Source: Promethearchaeota archaeon (GTDB lineage: Archaea > Asgardarchaeota > Lokiarchaeia > Sigyniarchaeales > SOKP01). Taken from it: a stretch of DNA of 64,000 bases. The notes beneath the pieces were generated by a model, which did not search any database, was not told where the DNA came from, and was given only the letters and a program-made list of their open reading frames with translations. Where the stretch lies: NCBI GenBank assembly GCA_016839555.1, contig JAEOUA010000012.1, positions 1 through 64,000 of the forward strand. The letters are read 5' to 3'. Positions 30,370 to 41,065 of the stretch are shown one piece after another (within the stretch, counting starts at the first letter, position 1; every line of letters begins with the position of its first letter). The position numbers and the translations under genes were made by a program.

Positions 30370-33300
30370 TTAAAAGAAGTCAGATAATTTTTGCTGCTTT
30401 ATCCGAGGGTTATTAGTCAAACTCGCAACATATTCTTCAATTAATTCCATTCTCTGCGATATATATTTATCTAGCTTAAATTCTTTACACAATTTTAGTG
30501 CTTTTGGTATATACTTTTCAATTCCTCCACGATTTACGGTTAAGATAATATTTCCTCCACATTTAGGACAATCACCTCCATTTGAAATGGGGGGTCGTCG
30601 GTATTTTGCATTGCATTTTACACATCTAAATTCTTGTTGACAAAACTTCCTTAGATTTCCCAAAATATCTGGATTGAAATGAGTAGAGATTATTTTCTCC
30701 GCTACCATTTTTTCATCGACAGCATTAATAATTTTTGCTAAGTGCAATTGAGCTTCAATTTTATCATCCATTGATTCATGAGTTTTATATGCTGTTATTT
30801 TTGGACCTGCATTAATATCACTAGTAGGGATGTTATACCCAATATTCTCAAATTGGTCATTGGAACCAAGTCTGTGCTTCACTAATTTCATAAGAGGTTC
30901 AATTTCATTCGGGGATGCATAACGCTCGGTAGCTTCATAAAACTCTAAAGGATAAGAATATAAGGTGTCTAAATTGTGAGCTTCTGTATCTATCTCGTTA
31001 GGATCCAATAAAGTACTGATAACTAAGGTAGCATCCATTCTCCCTCCAATTTTATCTGGCAAGTAATGCCGAGAAAAGTTTAATAAGGGATCTAAAAGAA
31101 GCATTATTCCATCTTCATCTCCATCACAGTTCCTTCGCTTCGCTGCATGCCAATAAGGATGAGCGTAGATGGATCTTGCGGGAGAAAAGCCTATTATGCG
31201 ACCTACAATCCCTGCACTCGTATGAGGTGCGAGCCCCACCACTAGGTGGCCAATTAAATCTTCTTTTTCTTTAACATTATAAAATCTATCTAAATCATAA
31301 AACAATTCTAATTCATCATCAAGGAAATGTGATACCTTTACAAGGTATTCAGCACAATCCTCTGATAAGATAACATCTTGTACTTTTAGTTCAATGATCT
31401 GGTTTTCATTTGAAATAGGTTCTGAATTAATGTCTTTTTGATACCCTAAATTTTTTAATTTTTCAATGGAAATTCCTATTTCTTTAGTTTTAAAATGGGT
31501 TAGAGGGATATCAGTTGCATCATATCTTATTTCTGCAGTTTTATATACTAACACATCGTTTTTAGCTCTTAATATGCCTTTTTCAATTGGTTCAGCTACA
31601 CTAAACTTATTGCTAAGCCCAAAAATCCCTTTCATTTTTTTTGGAAGATAAATGTTCAAAGAATTTAAGATCTTTTTCACATATTTCTTAATATTAAATA
31701 ATGCTTCATTAGAATAATATAGTTGTTTTTGACATTGACTACATCGTTCAATATGAGTAGGATATACTTTATTACATGTTTTACATATTTTTAATAAATC
31801 AGTATGCTCTCTACATTTAGGACATTTATTAAAAATAGTAATAATTCCGCATTTTGGACAAATCCTTCTACAAATATCAATTTTTATTTTTCCTAATTTC
31901 ATAGCGTCTTCCACTAAACGAGTGTTTCCAACCTGTTTACTTAAGGGAAAAAGTGTATGCACGCCTTTCATACTCTTTCTTTGGGATTTTTCTGGACGTC
32001 CCATTCGAGATCCCATAAAATAAGGTGCTTTATTTTTTACCTTTATGGAAGATATTCTTTTAAAATAGGTATAAAAATTAATATCCTCTTCAAGTTTTAT
32101 AGCAGGCCCATTTTCTAAACTAAATAAATGAAAATAAATATAATTCATAGCTTTACTAAATAATATCTTTCCATCTTTGACTTTATGGATAATAAAGGCT
32201 TTTTCTAGAAGTTTTTTAATCTCTTTTGTTTTCTCTAAAATTATACTATTTTTTGATGGTTGATAACCTTTTAGAAAAGCCTCTCTGAGGGCTTCAATCT
32301 CATTTATTGATAAATTTCCCCAATAATCTGTATAAAATGGATGCAAAGGTATATCATATTCCTTTGAGAGTTTTATTGCTTCCATTGCTGTGGGGATTTC
32401 ATCAAAAGGATTTTTTACATAGATTTTATATTCTTTTGCTTTAATTCCCCCTTTTTCTAGTATTTTACTTAATTCTAATGCCCACCATTCTTCCACATAA
32501 CCGGAAGGGATTAATTTATGATTATTTTCAGAAAATTCACCGAATCCAAATAGAATGTCTCCGAGGAATAAAATTTTTTTTATTTTTGGGTATAAATTTT
32601 CAGCTTTTTTTTGATTAGTTATTTTCACAACATCTCCGTTATATAATTTAACGATAGGAGGTTCTATTGAAGTCACGGGACAAATACTAGTACTTTTTCC
32701 TGGTCTTTCTGTTCTTAATTGTGTACCTATTGCTATAAATTTGTCTAATAATACCATTGTTGCTGGATTGAGTCCTCCCGCTGCAAGACCGGTATTTCTT
32801 GACCTTCCATATCTTATCCTATGCCCTCCTTTTGTTGATGGGCTCCCAAAAACCGGTCTTCCTGCGATAATGTCTGCTATATATTTTGCATTTGGAGTTA
32901 TTATATTCGGATCTTCTGCTTTTATTTCTTCTTGTTTTGCTTTAAAATTTTCCTTATTTGCAATTTTCTTTAAGTCTGATAACCAGTCCCAGCCTTCTAA
33001 GTTCATGTTCTTAGCGATTTTGAGTAGTTTTGGGGCTTTTAACAATATTCCATCATTTAGCACCAGACAAGCGCCCCCTCGTATATTATTTGTTTTAACT
33101 CTAGGTAAATCTCTAAAGGCAGAAACTTCTTCATCTTCAGTTGAATCTCCATTAATTTCAACTGGTAAATTTCTTACGGCAAATCTTATTTCATCATTGG
33201 ATGAGGGATATTGGAGGTGTATTTTTCTATCATACAATTTTATTTCTTCTACATATCTCCCAATTTCTCCTTCTGAAGCGCTATATTTTGGAATCTCGGA

Positions 33301-33804
33301 TCTTCTTCTGACAAAATCAGCGATGAGTACACATAATCCTGCTGTAGTCCCTCCTGCTGCTCGAATTGGTCCAGCAAAATAAAGAGATAAGTATTTATTT
33401 CCTTGCTTATCAGTTCTAATTTTAATCTTAGAGATACCTTCTAAAGGAGCGCTTACAACCCCCATTGTTTTTATTGCAAGCCCCACTCGAATAGCTCTCT
33501 CAACTCTTGCTTCTAATTTATTAATATTTCCAATTTTTTTATCTAAAATTTGAGACACCACTTCAAATACAATCTGATCCTCTGAATATCCCTCTTCTTT
33601 TAATTTTCTAATTAGTTTTGCGACACCTTTAGGCCCAACTAATTTTTCTACTCTTCCAGCTAAATCTTTTGCTTGAGGACATTCCACAAAAAGTTCTGGA
33701 TCTTTCCCTTTTTGACGTGCTCTTTCCGCAATATCATAACATTTATTCACACTCCTTTGAATTAAATCTATATATTGTTTTAAGTCCTCGCTCATTTCTA
33801 CCAT
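30370..33804 (-). CDS. polC: DNA polymerase D large subunit DP2
   Basis: AGPIRAAGGT, RYGRSRNTG, RMGRPEK, catalytic RRNCDGDED, Zn ribbons, C-terminal PIP box QQKLSDFF. Confidence 0.98.
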   Translation of the reverse strand: MVEMSEDLKQYIDLIQRSVNKCYDIAERARQKGKDPELFVECPQAKDLAGRVEKLVGPKGVAKLIRKLKEEGYSEDQIVFEVVSQILDKKIGNINKLEARVERAIRVGLAIKTMGVVSAPLEGISKIKIRTDKQGNKYLSLYFAGPIRAAGGTTAGLCVLIADFVRRRSEIPKYSASEGEIGRYVEEIKLYDRKIHLQYPSSNDEIRFAVRNLPVEINGDSTEDEEVSAFRDLPRVKTNNIRGGACLVLNDGILLKAPKLLKIAKNMNLEGWDWLSDLKKIANKENFKAKQEEIKAEDPNIITPNAKYIADIIAGRPVFGSPSTKGGHRIRYGRSRNTGLAAGGLNPATMVLLDKFIAIGTQLRTERPGKSTSICPVTSIEPPIVKLYNGDVVKITNQKKAENLYPKIKKILFLGDILFGFGEFSENNHKLIPSGYVEEWWALELSKILEKGGIKAKEYKIYVKNPFDEIPTAMEAIKLSKEYDIPLHPFYTDYWGNLSINEIEALREAFLKGYQPSKNSIILEKTKEIKKLLEKAFIIHKVKDGKILFSKAMNYIYFHLFSLENGPAIKLEEDINFYTYFKRISSIKVKNKAPYFMGSRMGRPEKSQRKSMKGVHTLFPLSKQVGNTRLVEDAMKLGKIKIDICRRICPKCGIITIFNKCPKCREHTDLLKICKTCNKVYPTHIERCSQCQKQLYYSNEALFNIKKYVKKILNSLNIYLPKKMKGIFGLSNKFSVAEPIEKGILRAKNDVLVYKTAEIRYDATDIPLTHFKTKEIGISIEKLKNLGYQKDINSEPISNENQIIELKVQDVILSEDCAEYLVKVSHFLDDELELFYDLDRFYNVKEKEDLIGHLVVGLAPHTSAGIVGRIIGFSPARSIYAHPYWHAAKRRNCDGDEDGIMLLLDPLLNFSRHYLPDKIGGRMDATLVISTLLDPNEIDTEAHNLDTLYSYPLEFYEATERYASPNEIEPLMKLVKHRLGSNDQFENIGYNIPTSDINAGPKITAYKTHESMDDKIEAQLHLAKIINAVDEKMVAEKIISTHFNPDILGNLRKFCQQEFRCVKCNAKYRRPPISNGGDCPKCGGNIILTVNRGGIEKYIPKALKLCKEFKLDKYISQRMELIEEYVASLTNNPRIKQQKLSDFF

Positions 33805-34050
33805 GATCCGAACCTTCTTTTATTTTTTTAAGCTATTCACTTTTGAATATATACTTTATTTTATTTTACTCCAAATTAAATTCATTATTAATACATTATT
33901 TCTGAATTAATAAGTTTAGAGACTGTTAAGTTATTAATTTATTAAATATATAGCCTCTCTGGATTTTAAAAAAGATATTGTTTGTTTAATAATAAAGAAT
34001 AAAATTATAATTCAACAATAATAAATTATATCTCTTATGGAGGAATAGCT

Positions 34051-35904
34051 TTGAAGCAGGAAACCTTAGATAAAAAGAAATCATTATTAAAGAAATTAAT
34101 TGATACTAATATCAATATTTCTCCCTCAGCTTTACAATTTCTTATGAATATTGAACATCCGTTAGAAAAATTAGAATTTATTATAAAAGAAACTAGTTTT
34201 ATTCCATCTTTTAAGAGTAATTTAACGTTTGAAACTCTCAAATCCATTTCTAATAAAGAAATTCAAAATGCACTAAAAAGAATGGATATAGGTAAATTTG
34301 TGAAGGATAAGGTACAAGACTTAAAAAAAGAAAAATCCCTCCCTAAAGCAGAATCAATGGATCAAAAAAAGGAATATTCCCAAAATTCAATTCTCCAGAA
34401 AGAACAAAATAATTATTCAATTACTACTCAAAAAAGGCAGACAAAAAAGTTAAATTTAATAAATTCTATTTCAGAAAAAGTCGATAAGGAAATTAATGCG
34501 ACAATGATATCTGATAATAATTTAAAATTATCCTATATCTCTGAAAAAAAACTTCAAGAAAGGGAGATCATTACAGAAAAAATTAAAAAAATGAGTTCTC
34601 CCCTTTCTTCATTCAAATTTAAACCTACTGCAAAAGAATATGATTCTAATTATAAAATAAAAATGGATCCAACAGGAAAATTATTTACTTCTGGAGAATA
34701 TGAGGATTTCTACAATTTAACTCTTGATAAATTTAAAAGATTAAAAAATTTAATGTGTAAAAGACCAGAGACTCATTCCTCTACGAATATAAGCAATATC
34801 CAGAAATTTTCTAACAAAAGTGAAGTATCTACGATTGGACTAGTTAAAAATATTAGAAAAACTAAAAATGACCATTATTTTTTTGAATTGGAAGATCTAA
34901 CAGGAACAATCAATGTATTAGTTAGAAATGACTCTGAAAACCGAGATTTAATCCGAATAATTGAAAAAACAATAAATGATCAAATGCTATTTGTAAAAGG
35001 CAACTATAGTGCTAATAATAGTGAAAGAGATGGTATTATTTTTGCAGATAATGTTTCAAAAATCGATATTCCCATAGAATTTAAGCCAAATACTTCACAT
35101 GAGCCATTATCAGTAGCATTAATTTCCGATTTTCATATAGGAAGCCGAGAATTTGAAGAAGCCCTCTGGAATAATTTTGCAAAATTTCTTAAAGGAAAAA
35201 TGGGAAATAAGAGCCAAAGACTTTTGGCTGGAAGAATTAAATATATTATAATAAATGGAGATTTAATAGATGGCATTGGAGTGTATCCAAATCAAAAGGA
35301 TGATCTTATCATCCCTGATATTTATGATCAATTTAAAAAAGCAGCCCAATTAATTTCTGAAATTCCAGATTATATTAAAGTATTTTATAGCTCAGGAAAT
35401 CATGAACCAGTGAGAAATGCAATCCCTCGTCCTGCAGTTCCAAAAAAATACTGCACCGAATTAATAGATCTTGGAATAGAGAATTTAGGAAATCCATGCA
35501 TGATACAGATACATAATGTAAATTCATTAGTATTTCATGGAGATAGTCTTCTAGATTTAAATCATTCTATTCCCGGCTTAACTAATGAGAAACCTGCAGA
35601 AACTATGAAAGAATTATTAATTTGCAGACATCTTGCTCCTTCTTTTGGAAATAAAACTCAAATTGCTCCCTCAGAAAAAGATTGGTTAGTGATTGATGAA
35701 GTTCCCCAAATTTTTCATACGGGACACCTTCATATTAATGATTATGGTGTATATCGAGGTGTAAGATTAATTAATTCGGGATGTTTACAGTCTCAAACAG
35801 ATTTTATGAAGAGCTTCGGAATAAAACCAACCCCTGGAGAAATACCTATAATACAATTGGATACTCTAGAGAATTTTCAATTAAATTTAAGAAATTATGA
35901 TTAA
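34051..35904 (+). CDS. polB: DNA polymerase D small subunit DP1
   Basis: OB fold (LEDLTG) and phosphoesterase motifs SDFHIGS, GDLIDG, GNHE, HGDS, RHLAP, GHLH. GGAGG before the TTG. Confidence 0.95.
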   Translation: MKQETLDKKKSLLKKLIDTNINISPSALQFLMNIEHPLEKLEFIIKETSFIPSFKSNLTFETLKSISNKEIQNALKRMDIGKFVKDKVQDLKKEKSLPKAESMDQKKEYSQNSILQKEQNNYSITTQKRQTKKLNLINSISEKVDKEINATMISDNNLKLSYISEKKLQEREIITEKIKKMSSPLSSFKFKPTAKEYDSNYKIKMDPTGKLFTSGEYEDFYNLTLDKFKRLKNLMCKRPETHSSTNISNIQKFSNKSEVSTIGLVKNIRKTKNDHYFFELEDLTGTINVLVRNDSENRDLIRIIEKTINDQMLFVKGNYSANNSERDGIIFADNVSKIDIPIEFKPNTSHEPLSVALISDFHIGSREFEEALWNNFAKFLKGKMGNKSQRLLAGRIKYIIINGDLIDGIGVYPNQKDDLIIPDIYDQFKKAAQLISEIPDYIKVFYSSGNHEPVRNAIPRPAVPKKYCTELIDLGIENLGNPCMIQIHNVNSLVFHGDSLLDLNHSIPGLTNEKPAETMKELLICRHLAPSFGNKTQIAPSEKDWLVIDEVPQIFHTGHLHINDYGVYRGVRLINSGCLQSQTDFMKSFGIKPTPGEIPIIQLDTLENFQLNLRNYD

Positions 35905-35947
35905 TTATATAGTGTAAATAATAAGAATTAGCATTTTTTAAATTCTA

Positions 35948-36631
35948 ATGAACCTAAAAATACCAAAGAAAGACCCCTCAGAGCTAATGCTCTATCTTTG
36001 GAAAATTATTGATTTACCTAAAATTTCGGAGAAAGATTTATTATACTTGATTTCTTTTGAATTTTTTTTAGTATCTCCAGAACAAGGGCTCAAATTAATT
36101 CAAAATAGCCTTAAAAATAATATCTTAATAAAAAATTCAGACAATACCATTTCCCTAAATAAAGACCTTCAACACAAATTATCAAACTGGCAAAAAAAAA
36201 GAAAAAATAAAATTATTGAAAATGAAAAAATAAATGCTGAAAGAGAAGCTACTTTAAGGCAATTTAAAAAAGAATCAAAATCAGATTTTAATGTGATTTT
36301 AAAGGCTTTTTTAGATAAAGGCACTATCAATAGAGCAGTATCTGTTTCAGAAGATGCGTTTCATATCCAAACTGTAGATATTGATAAAGGAATAATAAAA
36401 GCAAAAGTTGCTGGTTCTAAAAAAGAATCTTATATTATACAAATTGATATGAATAACAAAACTCTTAAGCATGATTGTCATGATTTTGTGAATCGAAGGT
36501 CAAAAAATAAGAAATTTTGTAAGCACTTGACCAGGTTTTTTCTAATCTTAAAGGATAAAAATGAAGCTCTAGCAATTAAAATATTAAATACCATCGCAGG
36601 CTCTATTCCAGATTGGGACTTTACAGAATAA
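35948..36631 (+). CDS. Winged-helix + SWIM zinc-finger protein
   Basis: C-terminal V.GSKKESY.I...HDCHDF...FCKH SWIM-like signature; N-terminal helical/wHTH region. Confidence 0.7.
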   Translation: MNLKIPKKDPSELMLYLWKIIDLPKISEKDLLYLISFEFFLVSPEQGLKLIQNSLKNNILIKNSDNTISLNKDLQHKLSNWQKKRKNKIIENEKINAEREATLRQFKKESKSDFNVILKAFLDKGTINRAVSVSEDAFHIQTVDIDKGIIKAKVAGSKKESYIIQIDMNNKTLKHDCHDFVNRRSKNKKFCKHLTRFFLILKDKNEALAIKILNTIAGSIPDWDFTE

Positions 36632-36741
36632 AATAATAGGATTATTCTTTAAATAATTTGGCTTTTTTAAATAATTCTTTTTTAAAAATAAGTTATTAAT
36701 TATAAAGAAAAATAAAAAAAGATATGTGGTAAAAAAATTCT

Positions 36742-38052
36742 TTATCCTAATCGTCTAAATGTGCTATCACTTATTCTAACTTTATTTTTTTGTATTAAAA
36801 TGGGCTTATAGTTCAATAAATCTTTTATTTTATTAACTTCCATAAAAATAGTTTCTAAAAGCTTCTTATCAATATTTAATTTAATAACCTTAGTCCTTCC
36901 ATAATATCCCAATGATTTTTTCTCAGCAGTGATTATCTCAGCGGAGTGAAGTTCATTAATATAATCACTAATTCTTCTTCGAGTTAATGTGCTTACGCCT
37001 GGAATAAGATTTGCAAGTTCTTTATGTACTTCATAAATGTCTCCTGAAACAATGATTCTTTCTTTCGGAAATTTTGAAATTAAATAAATTGAGGTTAATA
37101 CTAATTGAGCTTGTAAAGGCATTCCTTTAATATAATCAATTATATGGTCTCTTTCTAATTCTTCTTGCGCCTTTCTAACATGCTCATTTGAAACATATTT
37201 ATTATGAGATCTTTCAGCTATTTCTCCTGCTTTTCGAAGTAATTGAAGAGCCTTTCTCGCATCCCCATGTTCTTCTGCAGCTAAAGCCGCACATAATCGA
37301 ATTACTCCCTCATTTATTACTCCTTCTTGAAATGCAATTTTTGCACGGCTTTCCAATATATCACCAAGCTCTTTTGCATTATATCCCGAAAATGTGATAT
37401 GTTCATTTCCCAAACTTGAAACGACCCTTGGATCTAAATTCTCTTTGAATTTCAGCTTATTCGAAATTCCAATTAAACAGGTTCTGCAATTATCCAAATT
37501 TTCATTTAATCTAGTTAAATCATAGAGAATTTCATTTCCTTGCTTAGTATCCGTAATCAAATCAATTTCATCTAACACTAAGAAACAAAGAGAATTCTTT
37601 ATTTTATAATCCAATAATCCCAAAAGCTTCTTGAAGATTACATCTTTCGGAAGGCCTGTAGGAGGAATCTGTTCACTTCCCACAATAGTGTTATATATAT
37701 GAGCAAGAATTCGATACGGAGTTGAAACAATACTACAATTGATATAAATCCACCATGGTTTAATTTTTTCGGAATATTGCGCTAATTTCTCACTCACAAA
37801 CCTTACAGTAGCTGTCTTACCCGTCCCTGTCTTTCCATAAATTAAAAAATGGGAAGGCACATCTCCTCTTAATGCACATGCAGTCCTGCTCGCTATCTGC
37901 TCAATCTCCTTATCTCTATGGGGCAATTCATGGGGAACAAAGGAGGGTTCTAAAGCCTCACGCTTTTTAAAAAGTTGTGGCCCATTAAGATATTTTTTAT
38001 AAAAATCGTCTATATTAAAGCTCTCATAATTATCATCCTTATTTGTCAACAA
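36742..38052 (-). CDS. cdc6: Cdc6/Orc1 replication initiator
   Basis: LPHRD, YGKTGTGKT, LDEID, LDPRVVSSL, HGDARKA, C-terminal wHTH with YGRT. Confidence 0.96.
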   Translation of the reverse strand: MLTNKDDNYESFNIDDFYKKYLNGPQLFKKREALEPSFVPHELPHRDKEIEQIASRTACALRGDVPSHFLIYGKTGTGKTATVRFVSEKLAQYSEKIKPWWIYINCSIVSTPYRILAHIYNTIVGSEQIPPTGLPKDVIFKKLLGLLDYKIKNSLCFLVLDEIDLITDTKQGNEILYDLTRLNENLDNCRTCLIGISNKLKFKENLDPRVVSSLGNEHITFSGYNAKELGDILESRAKIAFQEGVINEGVIRLCAALAAEEHGDARKALQLLRKAGEIAERSHNKYVSNEHVRKAQEELERDHIIDYIKGMPLQAQLVLTSIYLISKFPKERIIVSGDIYEVHKELANLIPGVSTLTRRRISDYINELHSAEIITAEKKSLGYYGRTKVIKLNIDKKLLETIFMEVNKIKDLLNYKPILIQKNKVRISDSTFRRLG

Positions 38053-38077
38053 TTCATAACACCATTTTCATTTTTTT

Positions 38078-38128
38078 CTGCAATGGAAATATTATCACTC
38101 GGTCTCCTTTCCACTCCATGAACAAAAG
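38078..38128. promoter_or_regulatory. Possible inverted mini-ORB-like pair upstream of cdc6
   Basis: CAATGGAAAT (38081-38090) and TTTCCACT (38108-38115) resemble the TCCAGTGGAAA ORB core; weak match. Confidence 0.25.
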
Positions 38129-38374
38129 TAGATTTTTGTTATATTTAAAGTTACTTATTAATGCCCTACTCATTAAAAAAATGTTAAGGTTTTAATAATT
38201 GAAATTAAAAAATCAACCTTTTCAGCAATTAATAATATTTATGTCGCTCTATTAAAAAATAATTGTTTGTACATTATTTAATATAATATTAATAATTTTA
38301 TCTGATAGAAAAAAAGAGAATTATATTGTGGGTATTCAGTTTAAATTTAGTGAAATTTACTGAAAAATCAAGAA

Positions 38375-39184
38375 TTACCAAGGGACATCTTTCAATCCAA
38401 TTACATAAGCTACCGTGTTTGCTATGATATCAACCGCTGGCGTTATTATGATTAAAAATATGATAATATTAATATCCGGAGCTCGATAACCCGCTAAGAA
38501 AAGAGCTGGAAGAGAAGCAAATAAAATACTAAAGATAATAAAATCCAATTGGTCCACCAACCAGAAAGGAGAACCAGAGGGAATATTGAACCTCCTTTTC
38601 AAGAAAGAACCTATAAGATCTCCTATCGCAGCTCCATACCCACATAAAAATGCTCTAATGAACAAAATTAAAATGCCGAAAGGAAAAGACCCTCCAATAA
38701 AGTAATATTTATAGATTTCAACTTTACTATAAAGTTTATATTGCCCCATTGTTGCAGCCACTTCCACAATGGGCAATATTAATGGCCATAATATTAAAAA
38801 AAGGAGATAAACCGCCATAGATATTGGAATTCCTATAAGTAGAGGTCCTAATATAAGCCCTTTCCATGTTTTATGATCTCCTAATAGTCTTCTGCCATCA
38901 ATAAAATTTTTTCCACGATCAATAGGCTTTCCATTTCCCGTTAAAACCATTCCCGCATTTGAAATATATCCGGGCATAATAAAAAGCAGTGAAAAGATTA
39001 AGGTAGCCACCCAATCTGCCCAAGAATATAAGAGGGAGAGGACTATAAAATCAATGAAAAATAATATACCAAAAAATATAGCTAAAGAAAACGCAATTCT
39101 TCTATTTGCTTGGTTAGAGCGTTTTGCTTTATTATTATTTTCCAAAAGAAAGTATGTCCTCCTTTTATTTAATACAATTTTCAA
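38375..39184 (-). CDS. carS: CDP-archaeol synthase
   Basis: PGYISNAG, PID.G.NFIDGRRLLGDHKTWKG, GDLIGSFLKRR, DQLDF, GLKDVPW. Start may lie slightly downstream, after an AGGAGG. Confidence 0.93.
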   Translation of the reverse strand: MKIVLNKRRTYFLLENNNKAKRSNQANRRIAFSLAIFFGILFFIDFIVLSLLYSWADWVATLIFSLLFIMPGYISNAGMVLTGNGKPIDRGKNFIDGRRLLGDHKTWKGLILGPLLIGIPISMAVYLLFLILWPLILPIVEVAATMGQYKLYSKVEIYKYYFIGGSFPFGILILFIRAFLCGYGAAIGDLIGSFLKRRFNIPSGSPFWLVDQLDFIIFSILFASLPALFLAGYRAPDINIIIFLIIITPAVDIIANTVAYVIGLKDVPW

Positions 39185-39310
39185 CTATTAAAAAGGATAA
39201 TAAAAAGTAATAAAAAGAATTTTCTAATCGATTTTGATTAAAAAATCATATTTGGTTTTTAAAGAATAAAATGAATCTAAATGATTCAAATAATGCAAAA
39301 GAATAAGAAA

Positions 39311-39790
39311 TTATTCTAATAATAATTTCCCCAATTGTTCAGCCCATTGTATTACTTTTTCTGGATCACGAAAATTTTCTATCGTTTTTCCACCTTGCAT
39401 ATAACAACCACCAAATGCATTATACGCTATTGGTTTTAAGTGTGGCCTCTTTTTTAAGATTTTTCCAATATAATCTTCAACAATTTGATCATGCTGGAAC
39501 TCTGGATTACCTGCCTTGCCCGAAGATAAATAAATTGCTAACTTCTTATTACTAAAATTGTTTTTACTTAGGAAAGATTTTGGCCGTCTATACCAACGAT
39601 CCATTCTTATACCACTCCCAACTATTATGTTATCATAGTTGGTTATATCTGGATTCTTATTTTCTTTAAGATTAGTGATATCAACTTCCAATCCGAATTT
39701 TTTATTCAAAACGGATGCAATAAGTTCAGCATTTTCTTTAGAAACTCCAGATTTCGTTTCAAAGGCTATAATTGTTTTATTTTTAACCAT
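39311..39790 (-). CDS. Flavodoxin-domain protein (HemG-like)
   Basis: TKSGVSKENAE, YDNIIVGSGI, AFGG, DPEKVIQWA. Confidence 0.85.
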   Translation of the reverse strand: MVKNKTIIAFETKSGVSKENAELIASVLNKKFGLEVDITNLKENKNPDITNYDNIIVGSGIRMDRWYRRPKSFLSKNNFSNKKLAIYLSSGKAGNPEFQHDQIVEDYIGKILKKRPHLKPIAYNAFGGCYMQGGKTIENFRDPEKVIQWAEQLGKLLLE

Positions 39791-39997
39791 TTAATTCACT
39801 TTATTTTATCCAAATTATTTTTAATTAATTTTTAAAAACAGTAATTCATTAATGATTTCCCTATTATAAAAAAACATAATAATAGCAAATTTTCTAAATA
39901 TATTGATGTATTTAAACTTTCCTAATTAGTCTGATTATTTATTATGCTAAAGAGAGGGCCAACTAATTGGAGAATGGCCATAAACAAGCATTTTTTA

Positions 39998-40501
39998 TTA
40001 AAAGTAGAAAGCAGATACTTGACACTCAATCTCAAATATAAAATTACAATCCTCAATTTTTATTGAGTTTTTGAAAAGCTCATTAATCGCTTTTATATAA
40101 TTTCCTTCTCTTCCTATAGCAACCCCTCTATCTCTGAACGTTAGTATATAAACTGAAGCTATTATTTTTTTAGAATCAACAGATTTTATTTGCACATCAT
40201 GGATATAGAGGTCAGGAAATAGACTAAATATCTGTGAAATTAATTTTTTTTCGGTTCTAATTATTAAAACTTTCTTATTAGGAATCTCCTTTCTTATGGA
40301 TGCAATATAATTCGAAACTGAAAAAAAATGTTGATCTTTGACAAAAAAGAAAATAAAATCTTCAATAATAATCACGCTCTCGGGAAAAAGTCCCGTTTTG
40401 TTATGAAAATATTTATAAAGTTTTAATTCTAAGTTTGAGAATTTTTTTATAATTCTTATATCCCTTGAAAATAATGATTTCTCAGTGATATTATTAAGCA
40501 T
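39998..40501 (-). CDS. Archaeal NusA-like KH-domain protein
   Basis: DRGVAIGREGNYIKAI KH motif; N-terminus FHNKTG resembles archaeal NusA. Confidence 0.7.
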   Translation of the reverse strand: MLNNITEKSLFSRDIRIIKKFSNLELKLYKYFHNKTGLFPESVIIIEDFIFFFVKDQHFFSVSNYIASIRKEIPNKKVLIIRTEKKLISQIFSLFPDLYIHDVQIKSVDSKKIIASVYILTFRDRGVAIGREGNYIKAINELFKNSIKIEDCNFIFEIECQVSAFYF

Positions 40502-40598
40502 TACCCTTCATTTTACATTCTTCATTTTAAACCCCTAAGAAAATTAATTTTTCATTTTGTACTATATTAAACAAGTATTAGATTTTAAATGATAAATT

Positions 40599-41036
40599 AT
40601 GAAAGAACCAGGATTTGAATTTCTTTCACACACAGCCGATATAAAATTAAGATGTTGGGGGAATACTTTGGAACAAGCATTTACTCAAGCAGCCTATGCT
40701 CTGATGACTGTTATTTCCCCCAATTTGGAAAAAATATCAAAAAAGACCCCAAAAACCATTATTATCGAAGCTGAAGATAAGGAAGCACTTCTTTTTGATT
40801 TTCTCTCTGAATTTTTATTCATTTTTGATGTAGAAAAGTTAATTTTTAGTAAAATTAAGGTTCTATCTATTCAGAAGAGGAATGATAGATATGAACTTAA
40901 AGCTAGTATGAAAGGAGAGGTATTTAATAAAAATAGTCATGAAATAGGGACCGAAGTAAAGGCGATAACTTATTCTTATATGAAAATTGAAGAGAAAAAA
41001 GACAATATTATTTTAGAACTGGTACTTGATATCTAA
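40599..41036 (+). CDS. Archease (RtcB activator)
   Basis: FEFLSHTADI, LLFDFLSE, EVKAITY, LDI C-terminus. Confidence 0.95.
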   Translation: MKEPGFEFLSHTADIKLRCWGNTLEQAFTQAAYALMTVISPNLEKISKKTPKTIIIEAEDKEALLFDFLSEFLFIFDVEKLIFSKIKVLSIQKRNDRYELKASMKGEVFNKNSHEIGTEVKAITYSYMKIEEKKDNIILELVLDI

Positions 41037-41065
41037 TTTTCTAAAAGCTGTAAATATTTTATAAT

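Noticed and set aside
13211-38052. Inteins in nrdD, rpoB, DP2 or cdc6
   Set aside because: Protein lengths are normal and no intein terminal or LAGLIDADG motifs were seen.
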